From: an uncultured delta proteobacterium
GTDB lineage: Bacteria > Desulfobacterota > Binatia > Binatales > Binataceae
DNA length: 64,000 bases
Direction: 5' to 3'
Assembly: GCA_963796565.1 (NCBI GenBank)
Contig: CAWCMA010000011.1
Coordinates: 198,039-262,038 of the forward strand
Shown here: piece after piece, positions 1 through 9,814 of the stretch
Position numbering within the stretch: the stretch's first letter is position 1
How the letters are laid out: each line of letters opens with the position of its first letter
Translations under genes and position numbers: made by a program
Notes under the pieces: model-generated
The model's database searches: none
The model's input: only the letters and a program-made list of their open reading frames with translations
Told to the model about the DNA's origin: nothing

Positions 1-1505
<1,505 letters not shown>

Positions 1506-1522
1506 GGCCCGCGCGGGAAGTG

Positions 1523-1819
1523 ATGTCCGAACCTGATCTGGCGCGCCTCAGGATGCGAGTGCATGGACGGGTGCAGGGAGTATTTTTTCGCCATGCGGCC
1601 GCGGAGGAAGCGCGCGAACTGGGGCTTCGCGGATGGGTGAAGAATCTGGCCAACGGCGACGTCGAAATCATTGCCGAGGGGCCGCGCCGCGAGCTAAAGA
1701 TCATGGCCGCATGGGCCATCCAGGGGCCGCGCCTGGCACGCGTAACTGGCGTTGAGGAGGAGTGGTCGGATTATCGGGGCGAGGAGGGGGCCTTTACGAT
1801 TCGTTCAGCGTGCGCTTAA
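1523..1819 (+). CDS. acyP: Acylphosphatase
   Basis: 3' end of the 161..1819 ORF; ATG at 1523; motifs VHGRVQGVFFR and GWVKNLANGDVEIIAEG. Confidence 0.9.
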   Translation: MSEPDLARLRMRVHGRVQGVFFRHAAAEEARELGLRGWVKNLANGDVEIIAEGPRRELKIMAAWAIQGPRLARVTGVEEEWSDYRGEEGAFTIRSACA

Positions 1820-1831
1820 GTATTGGACCCT

Positions 1832-1859
1832 TTCACCTTTTTCTATTATTAGCTATAGT
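1832..1859 (+). promoter_or_regulatory. Possible sigma70-type promoter for the oxidoreductase pair
   Basis: TTCACC-16 nt-TATAGT in an AT-rich patch upstream of ATG 1945. Confidence 0.3.
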
Positions 1860-1944
1860 TTCAGATGGCATTAGGACAGTAGCCCCGGCCATGACGCTGA
1901 ACGGCGCTTGCCGGGGGCATGTAGCGCAAGGAGTTTGAACAAAA

Positions 1945-3846
1945 ATGGCTCTACCACCTGAGGCAGCCGGACAAGCCGCGGAATCGCACAGCCTGGCCGG
2001 GGGCGGTGCGGGACACAAGCGGCGCGAGAAGGTCGACCACGTCGTCATTCGCTTCGCCGGCGACTCGGGCGACGGGATGCAGCTTGCCGGTATGCAGTTC
2101 ACCACCGAATCGGCGTTGGCCGGCAACGATATCGCTACCCTGCCCGACTTTCCCGCCGAGATACGCGCCCCCGCGGGAACCCTGGCCGGCGTCAGCGGCT
2201 TCCAGGTCAACTTCTCGAGCAACGAGATCTTCACCGCTGGCGACGAGCCCAACGTGCTGGTCGCGATGAACCCGGCGGCGTTGAAGGCCAACCTCGACGA
2301 CGTTCCGCCCAACGGCGTGATCATCGCGGACGTTGCAGCCTTCAGCGATTCCAACCTCAAGCGCGCGGGCTTCACCTCCAACCCGCTCAAAGACCATTCG
2401 CTCGACAAGTACCAGGTCTTCCAGGTCGACGTGACCAAGCTGACGACCCTGGCGCTGCACGACTCAGGACTCAACAACCGGGCCGTGATGCGCTGCCGCA
2501 ATCTGTTCGTGCTCGGGCTGGTGTCGTGGCTCTACCAGCGGCCGATCGAGAGCACGGAGAACTGGCTGGCCGGCCGCTTCCGCAAGACGCCCGAAGTGTT
2601 GGCCGCCAACGTCAAGGCGCTCAGGGCGGGCTACAACTACGGCGAGACCACCGAGGCATTTACCAGCTCGTACGTCGTGGACCCAGCCCACATATCCGCG
2701 GGCTTTTACCGTAACATCACCGGCAACAGCGCAACCGCGCTGGGCTTCGTGGTGGCGGCGTGCCGCGCCAAGCGCCCGCTGTTCCTGGGCTCCTATCCGA
2801 TTACGCCCGCCAGCGACGTGCTTCACGACCTCGCGGGTTTCAAGAATTTTCCGGTTTACACATTCCAGGCCGAGGACGAGATCGCAGGCATGGCCTCCGC
2901 AATCGGCGCAGCCTTCGGCGGTGCGATAGCGATTACCACGACCTCGGGCCCCGGGATGAATCTCAAGGCCGAAGCGGTGGGGCTCGCGGTCAAGACTGAG
3001 CTGCCGGTCGTCATCACGGACATCCAGCGCGCCGGCCCCTCCACCGGGATGCCGACCAAGCCGGAGCAGGCGGACTTGTTGATGGCGATGTACGGGCGGC
3101 ACGGCGAATCGCCGATTCCGATTATCGCGGCGTCGACACCGGCTGACTGCTTCGATTGCGCCTACGAGGCTGTGCGGCTGGCGGTCAAGTACATGACCCC
3201 TGTCATCCTGCTCACGGACGGCCAGTTGGCCAATGGCGCCGAGCCGTGGCTCGTGCCCGACATAAGCAAGCTGCCCGACATCAAGGTCAAATTCCGCACC
3301 GATCCCGCCGGATACATGCCTTATATTCGCGATCCGGAGACGATGTCGCGGCCGTGGGCGGTGCCCGGCACGCCCGGTCTGGAGCATCGGCTCGGCGGGC
3401 TGTCGACCGAGGATCAGACCGGCAACATCAGCTACTCGCCGGCCAACAATGAGCTGATGGTGCGTCAGCGGGCGCGCAAGATCGCCGGCATGGCGCGCGA
3501 GATTCCGCCGATCGAGATCTTCGGCGACGCCAACGGCGGCGACCTGGTGATGCTCGGATGGGGCTCGACTTTCGGGCCGATCCGCGAGGCGGTCAAGCAG
3601 TTGCGCGCCAAGGGCAAGAACGTCTCACACATTCACCTGCGCTATCTCAACCCGCTGCCGAGCGATCTCGCTGACAAGCTGCGAACGTTCCGCAAGGTGA
3701 TGGTCGCCGAGATGAACATGGGACAACTGCTCAAGATGGTGCGCGCGGACTACCTGATCGACGCCGTGGGTTGCAACAAGATCCAGGGCCGTCCGTTCAA
3801 AGTCAGCGAGCTCACCAACCGCATCACGCGCGCCCTGGAGGGCTGA
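1945..3846 (+). CDS. korA: 2-oxoacid:acceptor (ferredoxin) oxidoreductase subunit alpha, gamma-alpha fusion type
   Basis: IRFAGDSGDGMQLAG, FPAEIRAPAG, GSYPITPAS, QAEDEIAG, TTTSGPGM, IQRAGPSTGMPTK; substrate specificity not determinable. Confidence 0.9.
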   Translation: MALPPEAAGQAAESHSLAGGGAGHKRREKVDHVVIRFAGDSGDGMQLAGMQFTTESALAGNDIATLPDFPAEIRAPAGTLAGVSGFQVNFSSNEIFTAGDEPNVLVAMNPAALKANLDDVPPNGVIIADVAAFSDSNLKRAGFTSNPLKDHSLDKYQVFQVDVTKLTTLALHDSGLNNRAVMRCRNLFVLGLVSWLYQRPIESTENWLAGRFRKTPEVLAANVKALRAGYNYGETTEAFTSSYVVDPAHISAGFYRNITGNSATALGFVVAACRAKRPLFLGSYPITPASDVLHDLAGFKNFPVYTFQAEDEIAGMASAIGAAFGGAIAITTTSGPGMNLKAEAVGLAVKTELPVVITDIQRAGPSTGMPTKPEQADLLMAMYGRHGESPIPIIAASTPADCFDCAYEAVRLAVKYMTPVILLTDGQLANGAEPWLVPDISKLPDIKVKFRTDPAGYMPYIRDPETMSRPWAVPGTPGLEHRLGGLSTEDQTGNISYSPANNELMVRQRARKIAGMAREIPPIEIFGDANGGDLVMLGWGSTFGPIREAVKQLRAKGKNVSHIHLRYLNPLPSDLADKLRTFRKVMVAEMNMGQLLKMVRADYLIDAVGCNKIQGRPFKVSELTNRITRALEG

Positions 3847-3851
3847 GAGAA

Positions 3852-4850
3852 ATGGCTACCGCTTTGACTCGCAAAGACTTCATCTCCGACCAGGAAGTGC
3901 GCTGGTGTCCCGGATGCGGCGATTACGCAATCTTGGCCCAGGTGCAGAAGATAATGCCGGAGCTGGGCGTCCCGCGCGAGAACACAGTCTTCATTTCGGG
4001 CATCGGATGCTCGAGCCGCTTTCCGTACTACATGAACACCTACGGCTTCCATACGATCCACGGCCGCGCGCCCGCGGTCGCGACGGGGCTGAAAGTCACG
4101 CGGCCCGAGCTGGACGTATGGGTGGTCACGGGCGACGGCGACGGACTTTCGATCGGCGGCAATCATCTGATCCACGTGCTGCGCCGTAACGTCGACCTCA
4201 AGATTCTGCTTTTCAATAACAAGATCTATGGCCTCACCAAGGGCCAGTACTCACCGACCTCGGAGGTTGGCAAGGTCACCAAATCGACGCCGGTCGGCTC
4301 GGTTGATTTCCCCTTCAACCCGATCACGGTCGCGCTCGGAGCGCATGCGGCCTTCGTCGCGCGTACCATCGACGTCGAGCAAAAGCATCTCGGCGAAGTT
4401 CTCAAGCGCGGCCACGCCAACCGCGGCGCGTCCTTCATCGAGATCCTCCAGAACTGCAACATCTTCAACGATGACGCCTTCAAGGAAGTGAGCGACAAGA
4501 CCATCAAGGCCGACCATCAGCTCGTGCTCGAGCACGGCAAGCCGCTCATCTTCGGCAAGAACCGCGACCGCGGCATTCGCATGAACGGAATGCGTCCCGA
4601 AGTGGTACAGCTTGGCAACGGCGTGAGCGAAAGCGACCTCGTCGTGCATGACGAGGGGAACCTCTCGCTCGCCTTCATGCTGGGGAATTTCGAACCGCCG
4701 ATGCCGACCCCGGTCGGCGTCTTCTATTGCGTTCCGCGCCCGACCTACGATGCGGAGATGAACAAGCAGCTCGAAGACGCGCGTGCCAGAATGGGCGTCG
4801 GCGATCCGCAAAAGCTGCTGCGCCAGGGCGATACCTGGACGGTCAACTAA
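3852..4850 (+). CDS. korB: 2-oxoacid:ferredoxin oxidoreductase subunit beta
   Basis: WCPGCGD, SGIGCSSR, HTIHGRA, TPP motif GDGD...NN, YGLTKGQYSPT; ATG at 3852, 5 nt after the alpha stop. Confidence 0.92.
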   Translation: MATALTRKDFISDQEVRWCPGCGDYAILAQVQKIMPELGVPRENTVFISGIGCSSRFPYYMNTYGFHTIHGRAPAVATGLKVTRPELDVWVVTGDGDGLSIGGNHLIHVLRRNVDLKILLFNNKIYGLTKGQYSPTSEVGKVTKSTPVGSVDFPFNPITVALGAHAAFVARTIDVEQKHLGEVLKRGHANRGASFIEILQNCNIFNDDAFKEVSDKTIKADHQLVLEHGKPLIFGKNRDRGIRMNGMRPEVVQLGNGVSESDLVVHDEGNLSLAFMLGNFEPPMPTPVGVFYCVPRPTYDAEMNKQLEDARARMGVGDPQKLLRQGDTWTVN

Positions 4851-4874
4851 GCCGCGACAATCTGCTTCTATAGC

Positions 4875-4909
4875 AAAGGCCCGGAGGTTTCTGCCTCCGG
4901 GCCTTTTTT
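4875..4909 (+). terminator. Rho-independent terminator, possibly bidirectional
   Basis: AAAGGCCCGGAGG-tttctg-CCTCCGGGCCTTT stem followed by a T run, between convergent genes. Confidence 0.85.
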
Positions 4910-5032
4910 CACTGACCTCACGCGCCGCCGTTCCGATATCACGGCTTGAAACCGCTCGCTAACCACTGCGTTAGATCCGGTTCCGCGGAGCCGCTCCGAT
5001 GTTGCGGCGCGAAGTTGCTCGTTGCTAACCGG

Positions 5033-5455
5033 TCAGCCGCGCTGGGGTAGCTCGACTCGTGCCCATCCGGATGCGCACAGTTCGTCCTTTTGATTGCGCT
5101 CTTCGAGCTCGCATTCGACCACGCCCGCTTCGGCTTTTGCCACCGTTCCGGAGCAGGTCAACACATCGCCTGGGATAGCGATCGCGCGGTTCTGCCAGCG
5201 GAACCTGATTACGCGAGCGCGCGGCCCTGCCCAGTCCGCCACCGCCTGGTAGAGAAAGCTTCCGTGCAGATGGGCCTGCACCAGAACGTCGGGGTAGCCT
5301 TCGGTAAGCGCGTAGGGTTTGTCGAAGTGAATCCGATGCGCGTTCCAGGTCACTGCGCTGAAGCGGAAAAGCTGAACGGTGGTCGGGCGCTTCACCAGCG
5401 GCGTCAGCGCGGTGCCGATCTTTACGTCCTCGAAGCAAAGCTGATGGCCATGCAT
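5033..5455 (-). CDS. MaoC-like (R)-hydratase/dehydratase, catalytic half
   Basis: FSAVTWNAHRIHFDKPYALTEGYPDVLVQAHL hydratase-2-like motif; ATG at 5455. Confidence 0.8.
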   Translation of the reverse strand: MHGHQLCFEDVKIGTALTPLVKRPTTVQLFRFSAVTWNAHRIHFDKPYALTEGYPDVLVQAHLHGSFLYQAVADWAGPRARVIRFRWQNRAIAIPGDVLTCSGTVAKAEAGVVECELEERNQKDELCASGWARVELPQRG

Positions 5456-5472
5456 GGTCGGGCTCTCCCTGG

Positions 5473-5976
5473 TCAGCGCGCGATAAAGGTCTCGCGGCAG
5501 GTCACGAGCGGACGGTCGCCGGCGTCGCGATAAATCTGGATGACCTTGATGAGCAGCAGATCGCCGGAGCGCCCCTGCTTCAGCTCGACGCCATCCAGCC
5601 GCAGTTCCATCGACACGCGCATCCCGTCGGTCACCGGAGCGTGAAGCTCCAGGTCCTGGCCGCCGCCCATGATGCGCAGTCCCTCCAGCGGCAGGAATGC
5701 AAACTCGTGACTGGTGGTGCCATCGGGGCGCAGCGAGTCTTGCGGTGGACCGGCTTGCCAATTGCGGACCGCGCTCAGGTAGAGCGGCGGGGCAATGGCG
5801 TCGGAATAACCGGCGGCCTTGGCGGAGTCGGCCTCGAAAAACATCGGGTTGAGGTTGTCGGCAGCGACAGCAAAGCGCTGGAAGGCTTCCTTGCGGATAA
5901 TCCCCAGGTCGGTGCGTTCGCTCCGCCCCACGTAGGGTTTGAGTTCTTCAAGCAGGGCGGGAATCGAGGTGCTCAT
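5473..5976 (-). CDS. MaoC N-terminal/FAS1-type dehydratase-like hotdog protein
   Basis: RFAVAADNLNPMFF...AKAAGY..AIAPPLY and MGGGQDLELHAPV; tandem with the MaoC gene. Confidence 0.75.
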   Translation of the reverse strand: MSTSIPALLEELKPYVGRSERTDLGIIRKEAFQRFAVAADNLNPMFFEADSAKAAGYSDAIAPPLYLSAVRNWQAGPPQDSLRPDGTTSHEFAFLPLEGLRIMGGGQDLELHAPVTDGMRVSMELRLDGVELKQGRSGDLLLIKVIQIYRDAGDRPLVTCRETFIAR

Positions 5977-5989
5977 GAGCGGAATCTCC

Positions 5990-7135
5990 TCAATCGCGAG
6001 ATGATTGGCCGAGCATGTTTCGCGCGATCATCCAGCGGTGAATTTCGGCCGTGCCGTGACCGATTCGCCATACGCGCACTTGCCGGAAGAAGCTCTGAAT
6101 CGGCAGCTCGCGGGTGTAACCGAGGCCGCCGAAGATTTGGATGCAGCGGTCGGTGACGCGTTGCGCCATCTCGGTTGCGTAGAGCTTGGCGATGAACGCC
6201 TCGTTGCGGATTTTCTGCTTCGCATCGGCCATCCAGCCCGCTCGATAGACCAGCAGCCGCGCGGCTTCCAGCTCGACCTCCGAATCGGCCAGCATCCACT
6301 GGATCGCCTGTCGGCTCGCAATCGGTTTGCCCCAGGTGGTGCGCTGCTTGGCCCATTCGACCGCCATTTCGATCGAGCGCGCAGCGATTCCAAGCTGGAA
6401 GGCACCGATCTTCAGCCGCCCATGGGTGAGCTGATAATCCGCCACCGCAAAGCCGCCGTCGGCCTCGCCCAGCCGGTTCGAATCGGGGATGACGCAATCG
6501 GTGAATTGCAGCTCGTGGGGATCCCAGTTGTCGCCCATGGTGGGAATCTCGCGAGCGATTCTAAATCCCGGCGTGCCCATATCGACCAGGAAGCAGGTGA
6601 TTCCTCGGGCGCCCATCTTGGAGTTGGAAGAGGTGAACAGGATGACGAAATCCGCGCCCTCGACGTACGAGATGAAAGTCTTGGTGCCGTTGACGATCCA
6701 TCGATTTCCATCGCGCACCGCGGTAGTCCGGATGCGCGCGAGATCCGACCCGGCGTCGGGCTCGGTAAAGGCGTAGCAACTGTGCTTCTCGCCGTTGATG
6801 ATCGGGTAAAAGAACCGCTGCTTCTGCTCGTCGTTGCACAAATACAGCGCCGGTTCGGGGCTGCCGCCAAACTCGAACATCGCAGGATGCTTGAACAGTT
6901 CCTCGTTGATGAGGCACATCGCGAGCTGGCCCACGTCGTTTCCGCCGTATTCGGCCGGCACCTCGAGCGCCCAAAAGCCGGCCTCGCGCCCCTTGCGTTC
7001 GAGACCGTGGCGAACCTCGATATCGAGCTTACCCTTGAGCAGGAATTCCTTCTCAAGCGGCATCAGCTCCTTCTCGCGGAACTGGCGAACGCTGTCCACC
7101 ATCATGCGATGCTCTTCGGTAATGGCGAAATCCAT
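5990..7135 (-). CDS. Acyl-CoA dehydrogenase
   Basis: MDFAITEEH start; YAFTEPDAGSD, WIVNGTKTFIS, QRTTWGKPIA..Q.IQ, IQIFGGLGY, RIGHGTAEI. Confidence 0.93.
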   Translation of the reverse strand: MDFAITEEHRMMVDSVRQFREKELMPLEKEFLLKGKLDIEVRHGLERKGREAGFWALEVPAEYGGNDVGQLAMCLINEELFKHPAMFEFGGSPEPALYLCNDEQKQRFFYPIINGEKHSCYAFTEPDAGSDLARIRTTAVRDGNRWIVNGTKTFISYVEGADFVILFTSSNSKMGARGITCFLVDMGTPGFRIAREIPTMGDNWDPHELQFTDCVIPDSNRLGEADGGFAVADYQLTHGRLKIGAFQLGIAARSIEMAVEWAKQRTTWGKPIASRQAIQWMLADSEVELEAARLLVYRAGWMADAKQKIRNEAFIAKLYATEMAQRVTDRCIQIFGGLGYTRELPIQSFFRQVRVWRIGHGTAEIHRWMIARNMLGQSSRD

Positions 7136-7281
7136 AAATCCCTCCCGCTTAACGGCGTGCCGAATATTGACCGCGATGAGGGGTTTTTGGCAAGCGGAAT
7201 TGCCTTGAGCAAAACCTTGAATTTCGCCATCCTGTAGGGCCGGGCGCGAAGCAGCACGACTCAGAAAAACGGGAGAGCAAG

Positions 7282-8067
7282 ATGACGGAATCGAGATATG
7301 GCGACGTGTCGGTCGCGGTGAAGGACTACGTGGCGTGTGTCGAGATTCACCGGCCACCGCACAATTTTTTTGACGTTCAGCTCATCCGCGACCTGGCCAA
7401 TGCGTTCACCGCACTGGACGAAGATGCCGCCTGCCGAAGCTCCGTACTCTGCGCCGAGGGCAGATCGTTCTGCGCTGGCGCCAATTTCGCGAATCGGGCC
7501 GCGACCGGGGTCGAAGCGGGCACGGAGAAGCGCAACCCGCTTTATTCCGAGGCGGTGCGACTGTTCAGTTCCAAAAAGCCCATCGTTGGAGCAATCCAGG
7601 GACCGGCTATCGGCGGCGGTCTAGGACTCGCGCTGGTGCCGGACTTTCGCGTCGCTTCTCCCGAGGCGCGCTTCGCCGCGAACTTCGTCAAAATCGGATT
7701 TCATCCGGGCTTCGGCCTCACCTACACGTTGCCGCGACTGATCGGCGTCCAGAAAGCGAATCTGATGTTTCTTACCGGGCGGCGCATCAACGGCGAGGAG
7801 GCTTTTGCGTGGGGGCTCGCCGACCTCCTGGTCGAACCCGATCGCCTGCGCGAGGCGGCAACGAAACTCGCAGCCGAGATTGCCGAGAACGCGCCGCTGG
7901 CGGTGAATTCAACCCGCGCCACGGTCCGCCGGGGACTGGCTGAAGCTGTGCAAGCGCAAACGGATATCGAGTTCGTCGAGCAGGATTGGCTGATGCGCAC
8001 CGAAGACCATCGCGAAGGCATCAAGGCGGTTGCCGAACGGCGGCCCGGGCGCTTCGTCGGAAAGTGA
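7282..8067 (+). CDS. Enoyl-CoA hydratase/isomerase (crotonase family)
   Basis: FCAGANF, GPAIGGGLGLALVPDFR, GFHPGFG, EDHREGIKAVAERRPGRF. Confidence 0.9.
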   Translation: MTESRYGDVSVAVKDYVACVEIHRPPHNFFDVQLIRDLANAFTALDEDAACRSSVLCAEGRSFCAGANFANRAATGVEAGTEKRNPLYSEAVRLFSSKKPIVGAIQGPAIGGGLGLALVPDFRVASPEARFAANFVKIGFHPGFGLTYTLPRLIGVQKANLMFLTGRRINGEEAFAWGLADLLVEPDRLREAATKLAAEIAENAPLAVNSTRATVRRGLAEAVQAQTDIEFVEQDWLMRTEDHREGIKAVAERRPGRFVGK

Positions 8068-8086
8068 CCGGCGCGCTAGCGCCGAG

Positions 8087-9814
8087 TCATTCTAAAATCG
8101 CGACCGAGATCGGCGGCATTTCCACCGCGTCTTGCGTCACCCTGACCGGCTCCTTTGACGCGAGCGCTATCCGCGCACCGCGCTCCTGACTCTGCAGCGG
8201 CACGGGCACTTCCGAGGCGGCGAAATTGCACACGATGGTGAGCGATCCGTTCCGCATGTGGAGCCACTTGGCGGATTCATCGAAGTCCACGGTCACTTGA
8301 TCCAGGTGTAAGGGCCGGTGGCATTGTCGGCGCAGCTTGATGAGATTTCGATACCAGGCGAGCATTTCGGCAGGTTCGCCGCGCTCGCGCTCTTCCCAGT
8401 TCAACTTCGATCGTTCGAAAGTCTCGCGGGCCTGCGGATCGGGAACTTCGCCAGCGGCATCGACGAAAGGCGCGAATTCTCGGCGTCGTCCTTCACGAAC
8501 CGCTTGTGCGAGCGCGGGATCCTTATGGTCGGTGAAGTATTGAAACGGGCTCGAAGCGTTCCACTCTTCGCCTTGAAAGATCAGCGGTACGAACGCCGAG
8601 GTCATCAGCAGCGCGGATGCGATTTTGAGCATATCGGATGAAATGAGATGGCCCAGGCGTTCGCCTTTCGCACGATTGCCGATTTGATCGTGATTCTGGA
8701 TACAGACCACGAAGCGGTTCGCTTCGAGTGAAACGGCGGGCCGGCCATGAATCCGTTTTCGATGGCGCGAATAGATCCCGTCGTATACGTAGGGGCTGGT
8801 CAGCGCTTTGGCGACGTTCGCGAGCGATCCGAAATCCGCATAGTAGCCGGATTGCTCCTCGGTTAAATACGCGTGGATCGCATGATGGAAATCATCGCTC
8901 CATTGTGCGTCCAGACCGTAGCCGCCGGCGTCAAACGCGGTGATCAGGCGCGGCTGATTGAGGTCGCTTTCCGCGATCAGCATGAACTGGCGCCGTAGGA
9001 GCGACTCCAGCGCGCGCACCTCGGTCACGAGTTGTTCGAAAAAATGAATCGCGGAAGCGTCGAAGATGGCATGCACCGCATCGAGGCGGAGGCCGTCGAC
9101 GTGATAGTCGCGCAGCCACATCAAGGCGTTGTCGCACAGAAAGCGCCGGACCTCGCGACTATACTCGCCATCGAGATTGAGCGCGTCGCCCCACGGCGTC
9201 CGATAGTTATCCGTCAAGTAAGGGCCAAACTTCGGAAGAAAATTTCCACTGGGTCCGAAATGGTTGTACACGACATCGAGAATCACCCCGAGCCCATGAC
9301 GATGGCTCGCATCGACGAACCGCTTCAGCCCATCCGGCCCCCCGTACGCGTGATGCGGCGCATAGAGATCCACGCCGTCGTAACCCCATCCGCGATCGCC
9401 TGAGAACTCCGCCACCGGCATCAATTCTACGTGGCTTATGCCGAGATTCTTCAAATATTCAAGGCGATCAATCGCCGCGTCGAAGGTGCCCGCGTTGGTG
9501 AAGGTGCCGACGTGGCATTCGTAAATAATCGCCGAGCCAAGCGGCGGCTGACGCCAGCCGTCGTCGGACCAGGGGAACGCCGAATGATCGATCGGGTGCG
9601 AGAATCCCAGTACTCCTTCGGGTTGAGAGGGCGAACGCGGGTCAGGCAACGGATCGGCGTGATCCACGCTAAAGGCGTAGTCAGCACGCGCCAGGTTGTC
9701 TTCCATTTCGACTGACCACCAGCCGTTCGCATCCTCTTTCATCGCCAGCCGCTTTCCGGCGGCCACCAGTTCGACGCTTTGCGCGGACGGCGCCCATACC
9801 TGGCGCCGATTCAT
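8087..9814 (-). CDS. treZ: Malto-oligosyltrehalose trehalohydrolase (GH13)
   Basis: VWAP, DPRSPSQPEGV, WGYDGV, GLRLDAVHAI, LIAESD, IQNHDQIGNR; ATG 9814 overlaps the treY stop (ATGA). Confidence 0.93.
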   Translation of the reverse strand: MNRRQVWAPSAQSVELVAAGKRLAMKEDANGWWSVEMEDNLARADYAFSVDHADPLPDPRSPSQPEGVLGFSHPIDHSAFPWSDDGWRQPPLGSAIIYECHVGTFTNAGTFDAAIDRLEYLKNLGISHVELMPVAEFSGDRGWGYDGVDLYAPHHAYGGPDGLKRFVDASHRHGLGVILDVVYNHFGPSGNFLPKFGPYLTDNYRTPWGDALNLDGEYSREVRRFLCDNALMWLRDYHVDGLRLDAVHAIFDASAIHFFEQLVTEVRALESLLRRQFMLIAESDLNQPRLITAFDAGGYGLDAQWSDDFHHAIHAYLTEEQSGYYADFGSLANVAKALTSPYVYDGIYSRHRKRIHGRPAVSLEANRFVVCIQNHDQIGNRAKGERLGHLISSDMLKIASALLMTSAFVPLIFQGEEWNASSPFQYFTDHKDPALAQAVREGRRREFAPFVDAAGEVPDPQARETFERSKLNWEERERGEPAEMLAWYRNLIKLRRQCHRPLHLDQVTVDFDESAKWLHMRNGSLTIVCNFAASEVPVPLQSQERGARIALASKEPVRVTQDAVEMPPISVAILE

